From NCBI GenBank assembly GCA_963823665.1, contig CAWGMQ010000006.1, forward strand, positions 384,001-448,000: a stretch of DNA of 64,000 nucleotides, written 5' to 3'. The translations under genes and the position numbers were made by a program. The stretch is from an uncultured Planctomycetota bacterium (GTDB lineage Bacteria; Planctomycetota; Planctomycetia; Isosphaerales; Isosphaeraceae). The notes beneath the pieces are model-generated. The model saw only the letters and a list, made by a program, of their open reading frames with translations, did no database searches and had not been told where the DNA came from. This document shows, in pieces, positions 17,291 through 28,422 of the stretch. The number at the start of each line of letters is the position of its first letter. Position 1 is the stretch's first letter.

Positions 17291-17686
17291 GCGATCTTCC
17301 GGCGTCTTTGCACGAACAGGGTTGTGATTTGCCGCCTCGGGTGCCGGAGCCGCTTTCCAAGCGGGAGCGACGGCGAGAGCGACGTGAAATGGCGAGGAAG
17401 GAGATTGAGCGGCGGCGCACGGCGACACAGAAAGCACCTGATGTTTCGGTGGACGAGATGCTCGATAGCGCTCCGCGGGTGTTGCCGAACTCGGTCGCGT
17501 TCGTTCGGAAGCATATGCCGCGGTTGCCGTGATGCCCTCGTCTCACGGAAGGCACGGATACGAAGCGGGGAGAGCCATCCGCCGGCGGAGACTTTGTGGA
17601 AGCATTTTGTGCGGTGTGGTACCGTGTGGTTTTGAGGCAGGCCCGGCTGTATCAGCCTGGCAGCCGCCGTGAAGGAGGAGCTGTCC

Positions 17687-18346
17687 GTGTCGTCGACTTT
17701 GACTCCGCCACCGGGGGCAGCCGCGCTAGGAATTGTTCCTTCGGCGGAGCTGATCGTGAGCTTGTTCCGGATAACCGTCGACCAGTATGAACGCCTGGTG
17801 GACGCGGGCGTGCTGGATGATCAACAGATCGAGCTGATCAATGGCTTTTTGGTGAGAAAAACGGGGAAGAAACCGCCCCACGTGATTGCTTCCGAGGCTG
17901 CGCGCGACGAGCTTCTGCCCCGTCTACCGCAGGGCTGGCGGCTCACCATCGAAGCACCCGTGCGGATCCCCGATTTTGACGAGCCTGAGCCCGACCTGGC
18001 GATCGTCCGTGGAACTCGCGAGGAGTACGCGGACCACCACCCGGAACCTGCGGACGTCGGGCTGTTGATCGAGGTCGCGGACACGACGCTCGATCGCGAT
18101 CGCGGTGAAAAGCAACGGGCGTACGCTCGCGGAGGGGTGCCGGTGTACTGGCTCGTCAACCTCGTGGACAGGCAACTGGAAATCTACACCGAACCTGGTC
18201 CCGAAGGGTACCGCGGGCATCGAGTCCTGGGCCCAGCGGACCATGCGAGCGCAACCATCGGCGGGCAGGAGATCGGTCCGATCCTGGTCTCCGCGATTTT
18301 GCCGCAGACCACCAAGCCCGGCACGGCCGGCCAGCCCGCGAACTGA
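17687..18346 (+). CDS. Uma2 (DUF820) family PD-(D/E)XK endonuclease
   Basis: ITVDQYERL, IELING, PPH, EPEPDLAIV, LLIEVADTTLDRDRGEKQRAYARGGVPVYWLVNL. GGAGGAG RBS before GTG 17687. Confidence 0.92.
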   Translation: MSSTLTPPPGAAALGIVPSAELIVSLFRITVDQYERLVDAGVLDDQQIELINGFLVRKTGKKPPHVIASEAARDELLPRLPQGWRLTIEAPVRIPDFDEPEPDLAIVRGTREEYADHHPEPADVGLLIEVADTTLDRDRGEKQRAYARGGVPVYWLVNLVDRQLEIYTEPGPEGYRGHRVLGPADHASATIGGQEIGPILVSAILPQTTKPGTAGQPAN

Positions 18347-18410
18347 AGCGGAGCGGCGGAAGGTTCCTAGAGGGGGCTCTTGTCCGAGGCTTTACGCTTT
18401 CGCTGGTCTG

Positions 18411-18439
18411 TTGACGTCGCGTGGGGCGTGCTGTAACCT
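18411..18439 (+). promoter_or_regulatory. Putative sigma70 promoter of the riboswitch operon
   Basis: TTGACG, 17 bp spacer, TAACCT, about 23 bp upstream of the riboswitch P1. Confidence 0.55.
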
Positions 18440-18462
18440 AGCAACATCACAATTTGGTGCGC

Positions 18463-18640
18463 ATCTTATCCAGAGTGGCTGAGGGAAAGGCCCGATGACG
18501 CCACAGCAACCGGTTCGCCGCCTGGCGAATGCTGGTGCTAACTCCTGCCCAGCGTTGAGTGAACGTCTGGCCGAATATCCGGACTGAAACGGGTGTTCGA
18601 GCTGGGTGAACAAAAACAACGCCGATGGGACAGATAAGAT
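18463..18640 (+). ncRNA. SAM-I (S-box) riboswitch with extended P4
   Basis: P1 ATCTTATC/GATAAGAT; conserved AGAG..GAGGGA..GGCCCGATGA..CAGCAACC...GGTGCTAACTCC. Lies upstream of sulfur-metabolism genes. Confidence 0.92.
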
Positions 18641-18803
18641 AACTTCCGGCGAAAAAGCCCGCCTATCCGGCTTGAGTCGCCGCCTACCTTATCTTTCCCG
18701 TCTCGCAGAAGTTGGACATCGATCCGGCCATTCTGGAGCGCGGCGCATCGTCGCGCGCGAGTCAGCTCGCGATTCAACCAACGTGAACATGGGAGATACG
18801 CCA

Positions 18804-20073
18804 GTGTCCGGAGAGACGGTGGTCGGTTTGAAGTGTCGCCTTTGCGGTAAGATTTACCCCAAGGAAGCCATCAATTTTTGCACCGAAGACTTTGGGCCGC
18901 TGGAAGTGGTGTACGACTACGAGGCGGTCGCGCGGACGATGAGCCGTGCTTCGATCCGTGAACGCGCACGCTCGATGTGGCGGTATCACGAGCTGCTGCC
19001 GGTCGACGGCGAGCCGACGGTTGGAACCCAGGTGGGCTGCACGCCACTGGTGCCGCGCCGATCGGTTGGCTCGCGCGCTGGGGGTTTCGGAGCTTTATAT
19101 CAAGAATGACGCCGTCAATTACCCGACGCTGTCGTTCAAGGACCGCGTGGTGGCGGTGGCGCTATCGAAGGCGGTCGAGCTGGGGTTTCAGACGGTCGGG
19201 TGCGCATCGACCGGAAACCTGGCCAACAGCGTGGCGGCGAATGCCGCGGCCGCGGGGCTCGAAGCTTATGTGCTCATTCCCGATGGGCTCGAGCAAGGAA
19301 AGGTGCTGGGGGCCACGATTTACGGGGCGCATGTGATCACGATCGAGGGGAACTACGACCAGGTCAATCGGCTGTGCTCGCAGATCGCGTTCCGGTTCGG
19401 GTGGGGGTTCGTCAACGTGAACCTTCGGCCTTTTTACGCCGAGGGGTCGAAGAGCTTCGGGTTCGAGATTGCCGAGGACATGGGATGGCGGGTGCCCGAC
19501 CATGTGGTCGCTCCGATGGCTGGCGGAAGCTTGATCGGCAAGATCCACAAGGCGTTCAAGGAGCTTGAGCTGCTGGGTCTGGTCGATGGGCGGGTCGCCA
19601 CCAAGATGCACGGTGCGCAGGCGACGGGGTGCAATCCGATCTCGGCGACGGTGAAGACCGGGGCTAGCAAGGTGAAGCCGGTTCGCAATCCCCAGACGAT
19701 TGCCAAGAGTCTGGCGATCGGCGACCCGGCCGACGGCTACTTCGCGTCGCAGCTCATCCAGTCGACGGGCGGGTGGAGTGAAGACGTCGACGACGAGTCG
19801 ATCATCGATTCCATGCGGCTGCTGGCGGAAACCGAGGGGATCTGGACCGAGACGGCAGGCGGTGTGACGCTGGCGGTTGCCCGGAAGCTGATCGAGCAGG
19901 GACGGATCGACCGCGACGAGTCGATCGTGGTTTGCATCACGGGCAATGGCCTCAAGACGCAAGAGCCGCTGCTCGAGCGGATGCGAAAGCCCGTGGTGAT
20001 CAAGCCGGTCCTGGCCGAGTTCGAGTCTCTGGTCGAGTCGCTCTCGCCGGCCCTGGCTGCGGCGGGGGCCTGA
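18804..20073 (+). CDS. thrC: Threonine synthase-like PLP enzyme (possible O-phosphohomoserine sulfhydrylase); frameshift near 19055
   Basis: N-terminal LKCRLCG..CTEDFGPLEV..MWRYHELLP in ORF 18606..19109, then PTLSFKDR (PLP Lys), CASTGNLA and ITGNGLK in ORF 18946..20073. Confidence 0.85.
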
Positions 20074-20101
20074 ACCAAAAAGCACAAGGACCGAATGAAT
20101 C

Positions 20102-20371
20102 ATGGCAACTATCCGAATTCCGACGCCGCTGCGGCCGCATGCCGGCGGGCTTGACCGTGTGGAAGCCGCGGGCGCGACGGTCGGGGAGATCCTGGCCGAG
20201 CTGGGAAATCAGTATCCAGCGCTTCGCGAACGGCTGTTCGACGGAAGCGAGCTGCGGCGGTTTGTCAATGTTTATGTGAATGATGAAGACATCCGTTATC
20301 TTGAGGACCTGGCCACGCCCGTTTCGCCCGGGGACGAGCTTTCGATCATTCCCGCGGTGGCCGGCGGATGA
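20102..20371 (+). CDS. MoaD/ThiS/CysO-like ubiquitin-fold sulfur carrier protein
   Basis: IRIPTPLR, RRFVNVYVNDEDIR, C-terminal IIPAVAGG. Confidence 0.93.
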   Translation: MATIRIPTPLRPHAGGLDRVEAAGATVGEILAELGNQYPALRERLFDGSELRRFVNVYVNDEDIRYLEDLATPVSPGDELSIIPAVAGG

Positions 20372-20403
20372 GCAACAGCGAGAAGAGAGAAGAAAGAACT
20401 GTC

Positions 20404-21441
20404 ATGTCCGCTGAGTCACTTGATCGCTATAGCCGGCAGGTTCGCTTTCCGCAGCTTGGGGAAGGGGGACAGCGCGCGCTATTGAAGAGTCGCGTGGCGC
20501 TGTGCGGGTGCGGGGCGCTGGGAACTGTTCTGGCCAACCACCTGGCGCGTGCAGGTGTGGGCCACATTCGCATCATCGACCGAGACTTCATCGAGACGCA
20601 CAACCTTCAGCGGCAGGTGCTCTTCGACGAGAAGGACGTAGCGGACAACCTTCCCAAGGCCGAGGCGGCCGCTCGCAAGCTGAGGGCGATCAACAGCGCG
20701 ATCGAGATCGAGCCGGTGGTGACGGACATCGACCACACCAACATCATCGGCCTGGTCGAGGACGCCGACTTGATCCTGGACGGAACCGACAACTTCGAGA
20801 CGCGGTACCTGATCAATGACGCGGCGGTGAAGCTGGAAAAACCGTGGATCTACGGTGGCGTGATCGGCAGTGAGGGCCAGACGATGACGATCCTGCCGGG
20901 AAGAACGCCGTGCCTGCGCTGCCTGATCGAAACGTCGCCGCCGCCGGGGATGACGCCCACCTGTGAGACAGCGGGCGTGCTGGGGCCGGCGGTTGCCGTG
21001 ATCGCTTCGTTCGAGGCGATTGAAGCGATCAAGGTCTTGAGTGGGAATCTCGATGCGCGGAACGTCAATCTGATCATGGTCGACGTGTGGGACTGGACCT
21101 TCCGGCAGCTCAAGGTGGCGGGGCTCTTGGGGAAGGTTGATTGCCCGTGCTGCGTGCGGAGGCGGTTCGAATGGCTCGAGGGGGGCATGGGCTCGCACAC
21201 GACGACATTATGCGGGCGGAATGCCGTGCAGGTTGCGGTGAGACGCACCGCACCGCTTGATTTTCCCGAGATGGCCGCGCGGCTCGACGGTATCGGGACC
21301 GTGGGTCATAATTCATTCATGCTGCGGTTCGCGACCGATGGCTACGAGTTCACGGTATTTCCGGATGGCCGGGCCATCATCAAGGGGACGAATGACGTCG
21401 CCAAGGCGCGGACGCTGTATGCACAATACGTGGGAAGCTAG
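20404..21441 (+). CDS. moeB: ThiF/MoeB family adenylyltransferase
   Basis: RYSRQ, GCGALG, DRDFIETHNLQRQ, DGTDNF, PCLRC, CPCC, LCGRNAVQ. Confidence 0.9.
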   Translation: MSAESLDRYSRQVRFPQLGEGGQRALLKSRVALCGCGALGTVLANHLARAGVGHIRIIDRDFIETHNLQRQVLFDEKDVADNLPKAEAAARKLRAINSAIEIEPVVTDIDHTNIIGLVEDADLILDGTDNFETRYLINDAAVKLEKPWIYGGVIGSEGQTMTILPGRTPCLRCLIETSPPPGMTPTCETAGVLGPAVAVIASFEAIEAIKVLSGNLDARNVNLIMVDVWDWTFRQLKVAGLLGKVDCPCCVRRRFEWLEGGMGSHTTTLCGRNAVQVAVRRTAPLDFPEMAARLDGIGTVGHNSFMLRFATDGYEFTVFPDGRAIIKGTNDVAKARTLYAQYVGS

Positions 21442-21475
21442 TGAATCACTTTCGCCTCCGGAACAGGAACCCGTC

Positions 21476-21843
21476 ATGTCCAAACCCGAATTCGAGCACA
21501 TCCGGCTCAGCTCCGTGGGCGATGTGGTGTTGATCGAGCTAATGACCAGGGAGATTCAGACTCCGGCGCGGCGCAACAGCTTGGCATGGAGCTTCAGCAC
21601 GTTCTGGCGCAAGATTGGGCCAAGCGGTTGTTGCTCGACTTTCAGAAGGTGGCGTACTTCAGCAGCACGGCATTTGCGGTCACGTTTCGCACGGTGCTCG
21701 ACGCCAAGAAGAAAGGGATCGAGCTCAAGCTGTGCGGGATGGACGGGGGGCTCGAGCTGGGGGCGGGCATTGTGGGCCTCGACAAAGTGGCCGAGATCCA
21801 CTCGACGCAGAAGGAAGCGCTCGAGGCGTTCAAGACGGCGTGA
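21476..21843 (+). CDS. STAS domain anti-sigma-factor antagonist; frameshift near 21575
   Basis: MSKPEFEHIRLSSVGDVVLIEL joined to LLLDFQKVAYFSSTAF...LKLCGM...GLDKVAEIHSTQKEALEAF. Confidence 0.8.
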
Positions 21844-21876
21844 CGTGGTGACGGTCGAGTCGAAAGAGCTGGTCTC

Positions 21877-23034
21877 ATGATTTATCTTGATAACGCGGCA
21901 ACGAGCTTTCCGAAGCCCGAGGCGGTCTATCAGACGATGGATCGCTTTGCTCGCACGAGTCTTGCCAATCCCGGACGGGCCGGACACCGGATGGCCCTGG
22001 CGGCGGAGCAAGCCCTTGGTGCCGCGCGGCACGCGCTCAACCAGTTCTTTCACGGGGAGGCGCCGGAGCGGTGGGTTTTCACGCTCAACTGCACCGACGG
22101 GCTGAATCTGGCGATCAAAGGAGTGGTCTGTCCGGGCGATCACGTGATCACGACTGATCTCGAACACAACTCGATCAGCAGACCGCTCGAGGCGCTGAAG
22201 AGGGCCGGGGTGATCACGCTTTCGAGGGTTTGTTCGAGCGGGGGGTATGTCGATCCCGACGAGATCAAGAAAGCGTTGCGGCGGGAAACGAAGCTGGTGG
22301 CGATGACCCATGCGTCCAACGTGCTGGGTACCGTCCAGCCGATCGAGGCTGTTGCGGCGATCGTTCGCGAGGCTGGGGCACTCTTTCTCGTCGATGCCGC
22401 TCAGACGGCGGGCGTGGTGCCGATCGACCTTGGCGCGGCGGCGATCGATTTGCTGGCGTTTCCGGGGCACAAAGCGCTTTACGGCCCGACCGGCACGGGG
22501 GCGCTTTATGTCGGGCCTCGGAGCGACGGCCGGATCCGGACGTGGCGTGAGGGGGGGACGGGGGGCGACTCATCGAGTCCAACGCAGCCGACGGAGCTTC
22601 CTTACTTGCTCGAGGGCGGAACGCCGAACGTGCTGGGGATCACGGGCCTTGCGGCGGGGGTTGCCTGGGTGTCGGAGCGGGGGCCGGAGCGGCTGCGCCG
22701 GGAGGAAGTTGGGTTGCTCGAGCCAGTGGTGGATTGGGCTGAAGCGATGGATGACTGGAGGGTGGCCGGGCGGTGGGAGCCGGGAACGCATGTTGGCGCT
22801 TTGTCACTCATCGCGCCGGAATCGCTAGCGCCCCAGGATATCGGCGCGATCCTCGACACGAGCTTCGATATCGCGATCCGGCCCGGGTTGCACTGTGCGC
22901 CTTATATCCATCGCGCGCTGGGGACATTTCCGAACGGCACCGTGCGACTGAGTCCGGGCGCGTTCACGACACGCGAGGAGGTGCAATCTCTGATCGATGC
23001 GCTGAGCCAAATCAGCGCGGCGATCGCAATCTAG
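21877..23034 (+). CDS. Cysteine desulfurase (class V aminotransferase)
   Basis: IYLDNAATSFPKP, EHNS, HASNVLG, DAAQ, PGHKALYGP, RPGLHCAP (catalytic Cys). Confidence 0.92.
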   Translation: MIYLDNAATSFPKPEAVYQTMDRFARTSLANPGRAGHRMALAAEQALGAARHALNQFFHGEAPERWVFTLNCTDGLNLAIKGVVCPGDHVITTDLEHNSISRPLEALKRAGVITLSRVCSSGGYVDPDEIKKALRRETKLVAMTHASNVLGTVQPIEAVAAIVREAGALFLVDAAQTAGVVPIDLGAAAIDLLAFPGHKALYGPTGTGALYVGPRSDGRIRTWREGGTGGDSSSPTQPTELPYLLEGGTPNVLGITGLAAGVAWVSERGPERLRREEVGLLEPVVDWAEAMDDWRVAGRWEPGTHVGALSLIAPESLAPQDIGAILDTSFDIAIRPGLHCAPYIHRALGTFPNGTVRLSPGAFTTREEVQSLIDALSQISAAIAI

Positions 23035-24075
23035 CGAGCCATTCTTTGATGCGGCATTTGGCGGGCGCGATGATCTCGATTCGTGCGAACAGGACGGCGG
23101 GTGAATCGGAGGTGACGTTGACTCTGCCGACCCTCAGAGGGTCGACGGGATGGTTCCTTCCCTCGACCTCGAGGAGGGTGGTGTAGCCAAGCTCGATCGC
23201 GATTCGCCTGGTTGCTTCATTTGCAAGTCCGAATGGGTAGGCGAGGGATGGGATCGAGCCGGGAAAGCGCTTGAGGGCATTTTGTGCTCGCGACAATTCG
23301 TCGCGGCAGTCTTCTTCCGAGAGCAGGGAAAGCACGGCGTGCGAACCCGAGTGATTACCAAAGGTGATGCTGCTATGGGCCATATCCTCGATGTCTGGGG
23401 GATTCAGGTAGAGGGACGCCTCGCCTGCGAGCTGGTCGGCGCGACTCCGATTGAACCCCGAAGAGTATCAAGAAGATCGCCGATTCGTCCGCGGTCGTAA
23501 CGGGCGATGAGAGCTTGAACCAGCGCCCGGCGCGAGTGATGACCTGTCAGGTCCAACCAGGCCGCGACGATTGGCTCGGCTCGCGAAGGATGGCAGTGAA
23601 GAAACCAGGCCAGCTCGTTGAGCCAGATCAATGAATGGTTTCCGATCACGTCGGTGCAGAGATAGCAGGTCGCGGGGGCTCCAACAGCCTTGAGGAGCGG
23701 AAAAGCGTACTGGTAAACCGAGCGAAGACCGTCATCGAAAGTGATGACCAGGGCACGCGGAGGCAATGACTCCGTGCAATACGCGGACATGGGGACAACA
23801 TGGTAATGCTCCACGAGAAAATCGAGCTGGGCGGCAAACTGGACGGGTGTGGTGTTGATCGACAGCCCAAGGATGAATGGGCTCTCTTCTGCCTCCACGG
23901 CGTGGAACATCAACACCCGCGGGGAATTCCGTCGCAGCCAGATCACAGATGGCGCGAGCCGGGCGTAGTAAAGAGCGACGCCGAGAACGACCAACGGCAG
24001 CTCGAATGCGGCTCTGGCGAGATCGATGATCCCACGCCGCCAAGACGATCGTCGTTTCACGCGCGTCATGGTCAT
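23012..24075 (-). CDS. Polysaccharide deacetylase (NodB/CE4); frameshifted around 23390-23425
   Basis: VLMFH and ITFDDG in ORF 23404..24075; FGNHSGSH and LAYPFG in ORF 23012..23383. Confidence 0.8.
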
Positions 24076-24447
24076 TCGCGAATTCTGCCTTGCATTATGC
24101 GTTGAGTCTAATCAACAAGACATGGAGCGATCCATTGCATCAACGGCCGAATTGTGTACAATTGTAAATTGTAATCGCACCAATTGTGGACCGGGTTTTT
24201 TAGACAACCAACTCAGGGATTAATTGGAGCGAAGCGGTCTGTAGGAGTCCGCTATTGGAGGGCGGATCTGCAACGGGGCTCGTGCCTTGATTGGGGCGAG
24301 CCAGTCAGCCAAGAACGGCTGCATTCATTTCGGAGGCGAAGATCTCGACTTCAAGAGCGGATCCGACGTTGGGGCCAGTGCCGGGTCGCGTTCAGTGACT
24401 TTTCGCGGCGTCGCCCGGGTTTGCCGTGCGGTGCTGAAAGGCCTTCC

Positions 24448-25761
24448 ATGCACTCCATCGTGATTCTCCTTTCTCTGTACGCGATGCTGTATGTGGCGAT
24501 TCTGCCCAACGTTCTTTCGTTGCTGGTAACCTCAGTGGCCGCGGTGTTCTACCTGAAGTTTGCGCGGCGGGGAAACGTTAAGGGTTTGCGCGGAGACGGA
24601 CGTAATCACCGATTCCTGGTCGCGATTCCCGCGCATGATGAAGAGACGACTATAGCCAAGACGGTGCGAAGTTGTTTGGCGATCGACTATCCGAGGGATT
24701 GCTTCGGGATTCTGGTGATCGCGGACAACTGCGGGGACAGTACGGCGTTGCGGGGGGAAGAGGCTGGAGCGCGCGTGCTCGCGCGGAGCGACGCGGCCCG
24801 GAAATCGAAAGGCCACGCCATCGAGTATCTCATCGATAGGCTGGATCGCTCGGGCGAGCTTGATACACTTGACGCCTTGGTGGTGGTGGACGCTGACTCG
24901 ACCGTGGCGCCGAACCTTCTCGAGGAGTTCTCACTGGGCCTCGCCGGCGGCTCCGAGTGGATGCAGTGTTACGACTGCGTGGGTAACGCCGACGCGACGT
25001 GGCGAACTCGGCTGATGGCTTATGGAATGGCGCTGTTCAACGGGATCTCGCTCGCGGGCCGGCAAGCTCTGGGGCTTTCTGGCGGCCTGCGAGGCAACGG
25101 AATGTGCATTTCGGTGGCGGGGCTCAAGCGCGTGCCCTGGAATGCCCGCGGCCTCGTAGAAGACCAGGAATACTCGTGGGTTGTCCGGATCGCTGGTGGG
25201 CGGATTGACTTTATCAAAGACACGGCAGTCTTTGCGACGATGCTAAGAGCGGGCGGCGCTCCGCTGGCCAACCAGAGGCGACGATGGGAGTTCGGCCGAG
25301 GCGACGTCCGTCGAAAAATGCTTGGTCCGCTGCTCACCTCACCGCACGTCAGCATGCGTGAGAAAGTGGCGGCGGTTGTGGAGATCACATCCCGACCGAC
25401 GGCTCAGATCGCGGTTGCGTACGTGATCCTGACCGGGCTCTTGGCGTACGCGGTTCCTGGCCTGATTTCAAATGGCGCTACTGGTACGCTCGCGCTCGCC
25501 GGCGCTTTGCACGCGATTGCTACCCTGGCTTTGCTCATTCATGCCGTCAGTCCTTTTCTTGCGTCACTACTTCCGTGGCGATACATATTAAGCTTAGGGT
25601 ATTTTCCATATTATGTCTGCTGGAAGCTGCTGGTCATGGCGCACGGTGCGCCGGACATCTGGATCGCCACCGAAAGGGAAAACGAGCCCTCCTCCGTGCA
25701 TCACCCGCCGCACGGCCGAATGGCGGAAGGAAAGGCGACACCGCCAGTAAACGGGTGCTAG
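24448..25761 (+). CDS. Processive-type family 2 glycosyltransferase (membrane)
   Basis: IPAHDEE, IADNC, KSKG, DADS, GNGM, VED, QRRRW, TM helices at both ends. Confidence 0.9.
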   Translation: MHSIVILLSLYAMLYVAILPNVLSLLVTSVAAVFYLKFARRGNVKGLRGDGRNHRFLVAIPAHDEETTIAKTVRSCLAIDYPRDCFGILVIADNCGDSTALRGEEAGARVLARSDAARKSKGHAIEYLIDRLDRSGELDTLDALVVVDADSTVAPNLLEEFSLGLAGGSEWMQCYDCVGNADATWRTRLMAYGMALFNGISLAGRQALGLSGGLRGNGMCISVAGLKRVPWNARGLVEDQEYSWVVRIAGGRIDFIKDTAVFATMLRAGGAPLANQRRRWEFGRGDVRRKMLGPLLTSPHVSMREKVAAVVEITSRPTAQIAVAYVILTGLLAYAVPGLISNGATGTLALAGALHAIATLALLIHAVSPFLASLLPWRYILSLGYFPYYVCWKLLVMAHGAPDIWIATERENEPSSVHHPPHGRMAEGKATPPVNGC

Positions 25762-25940
25762 AACGCAACATTGTGTTCACGAATAAAACGCAAATTCACA
25801 CCGGGCCAAACCAGGTGGATTGGCAGTCGTCGTGCTTGGTATATTATTGATGGACTTCTTGTCCGACGCGCGAAGTGTAAGGGTCGTAAGGGTCTGAGCG
25901 GAGAGACCGATGTCACGTCGGCTAACATTTAGGTATAGTA

Positions 25941-27224
25941 ATGAGTGGACTAATCGCGATCTTTCTGATCTTGGTGAATATTGTTCTCTTTCCCTATTTT
26001 CTCTTCCTTCTCGTAGTGTCGATCGCGGCGCTCGTGCCGCGCCGGAGGTCGACGTTCGCATTGCCGCCGAGCTCGCGGTTTCTGGTGGTGATTCCGGCTC
26101 ACGATGAGGAGCCGGTGATTCAGAAGGCCGTGGCGAGCTGTCTGGAAATTGAATACCCGCGGTCACTTTTTAACGTGTTGGTGATTGCGGACAACTGCAC
26201 GGACGGTACGGCCGCGTTGGCCCGAAGCGCGGGAGCGAGGGTCTTCGAGCGTTTTGACGAGCTCAAGAAGAGTAAAGGGCACGCGATCGACGATCTGATC
26301 GTTCGCCTGGAACGGAACGACGAGCTCGAAACGATTGATGCGCTCGTGATCGTGGATGCGGACACATTCGTTTCGTCTCGCTTGCTGGCCGCTTTCAATG
26401 ACCATCTGCGATCGGGCCACGATTGGGTTCAAGCTTATTATACTGTTGCCAACCCGGATGAGTCGTGGCGGACGCAGCTCATGCGGTATGCATTCAGTCT
26501 TTTTAACGGAATCATGCCGCTGGGCAAGAGTCGCCTGGGACTGGGGTCGCAGTTGAAGGGTAACGGGATGTGCTTTTCCGTGGCGGGATTGAGGCGAGTT
26601 CCGTGGCATTCTCATGGGCTGGTCGAGGATCTGGAGTACGCCTGGAATCTGCGGATTGAAGGCGAGCAGGTTGTGTTCGAGCCGGACGTGGCGGTTTACG
26701 GGGCGATGCTGGCGCACGGTGGAGAGGCGACTGCAAACCAGCGCCGCAGGTGGGAATTCGGCCGGCGCGAAGTTCGCAACAAGTACATCATGCCGATTTT
26801 GCGCTCGCGAAAACTCAATGCCCGGGGGAAAATCCTGGCAATCTGTGACCTCACGCTTCCTTCGCTCTCCGTGCTTGCGGCTCTGTACGTCGGCGTTGCG
26901 GTTCTCGATGTGCTCTATCTGGCGGGATCGCTCGCCGCGCCAGTAGCAATTGCTTCCCCGATCTTGATCGCCTGGCTCGGATTCACGACGCTTGCCCTTG
27001 CGCTTTATGCGATCTCGCCTTTTGTTGCGATGCACCTACCGTGGCGATATGCCTTCTCGGTCTTTGCCTTTCCGCTTTACATGTGCTGGAAGTTAAAGAT
27101 TTCAATCGGCGGCAGGCCCGATCGATGGGTGCGCACGCCTCGCGAATCATCCAATGATTCGCACGACCGCCTGGTCGAGTCAAATAGCCATCTGGATGGG
27201 TTCGTACCCGGCGCGAATCCGTGA
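25941..27224 (+). CDS. Processive-type family 2 glycosyltransferase (paralog of the upstream gene)
   Basis: IPAHDEE, IADNC, DADT, GNGM, VEDL, QRRRW, C-terminal WVRTPR. Confidence 0.9.
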   Translation: MSGLIAIFLILVNIVLFPYFLFLLVVSIAALVPRRRSTFALPPSSRFLVVIPAHDEEPVIQKAVASCLEIEYPRSLFNVLVIADNCTDGTAALARSAGARVFERFDELKKSKGHAIDDLIVRLERNDELETIDALVIVDADTFVSSRLLAAFNDHLRSGHDWVQAYYTVANPDESWRTQLMRYAFSLFNGIMPLGKSRLGLGSQLKGNGMCFSVAGLRRVPWHSHGLVEDLEYAWNLRIEGEQVVFEPDVAVYGAMLAHGGEATANQRRRWEFGRREVRNKYIMPILRSRKLNARGKILAICDLTLPSLSVLAALYVGVAVLDVLYLAGSLAAPVAIASPILIAWLGFTTLALALYAISPFVAMHLPWRYAFSVFAFPLYMCWKLKISIGGRPDRWVRTPRESSNDSHDRLVESNSHLDGFVPGANP

Positions 27225-27405
27225 GCGAGACCGACACAGGACATGCCTGGAGGGCGGGCTCGCATTTTGAACCCCGGACGGCTCCGGGGCATGTCGACGG
27301 CGTTGACTACGAATTTCGTCGGCAATCTGTTAAATTGGTCGCTTTCCAAGCGTGCCGGCTCACGGCTCGCGATTTTGGTTTCACCGAGATTGAAGGAGGT
27401 TTGTT

Positions 27406-28408
<1,003 letters not shown>

Positions 28409-28422
28409 TTGGAGGGAGCCCC

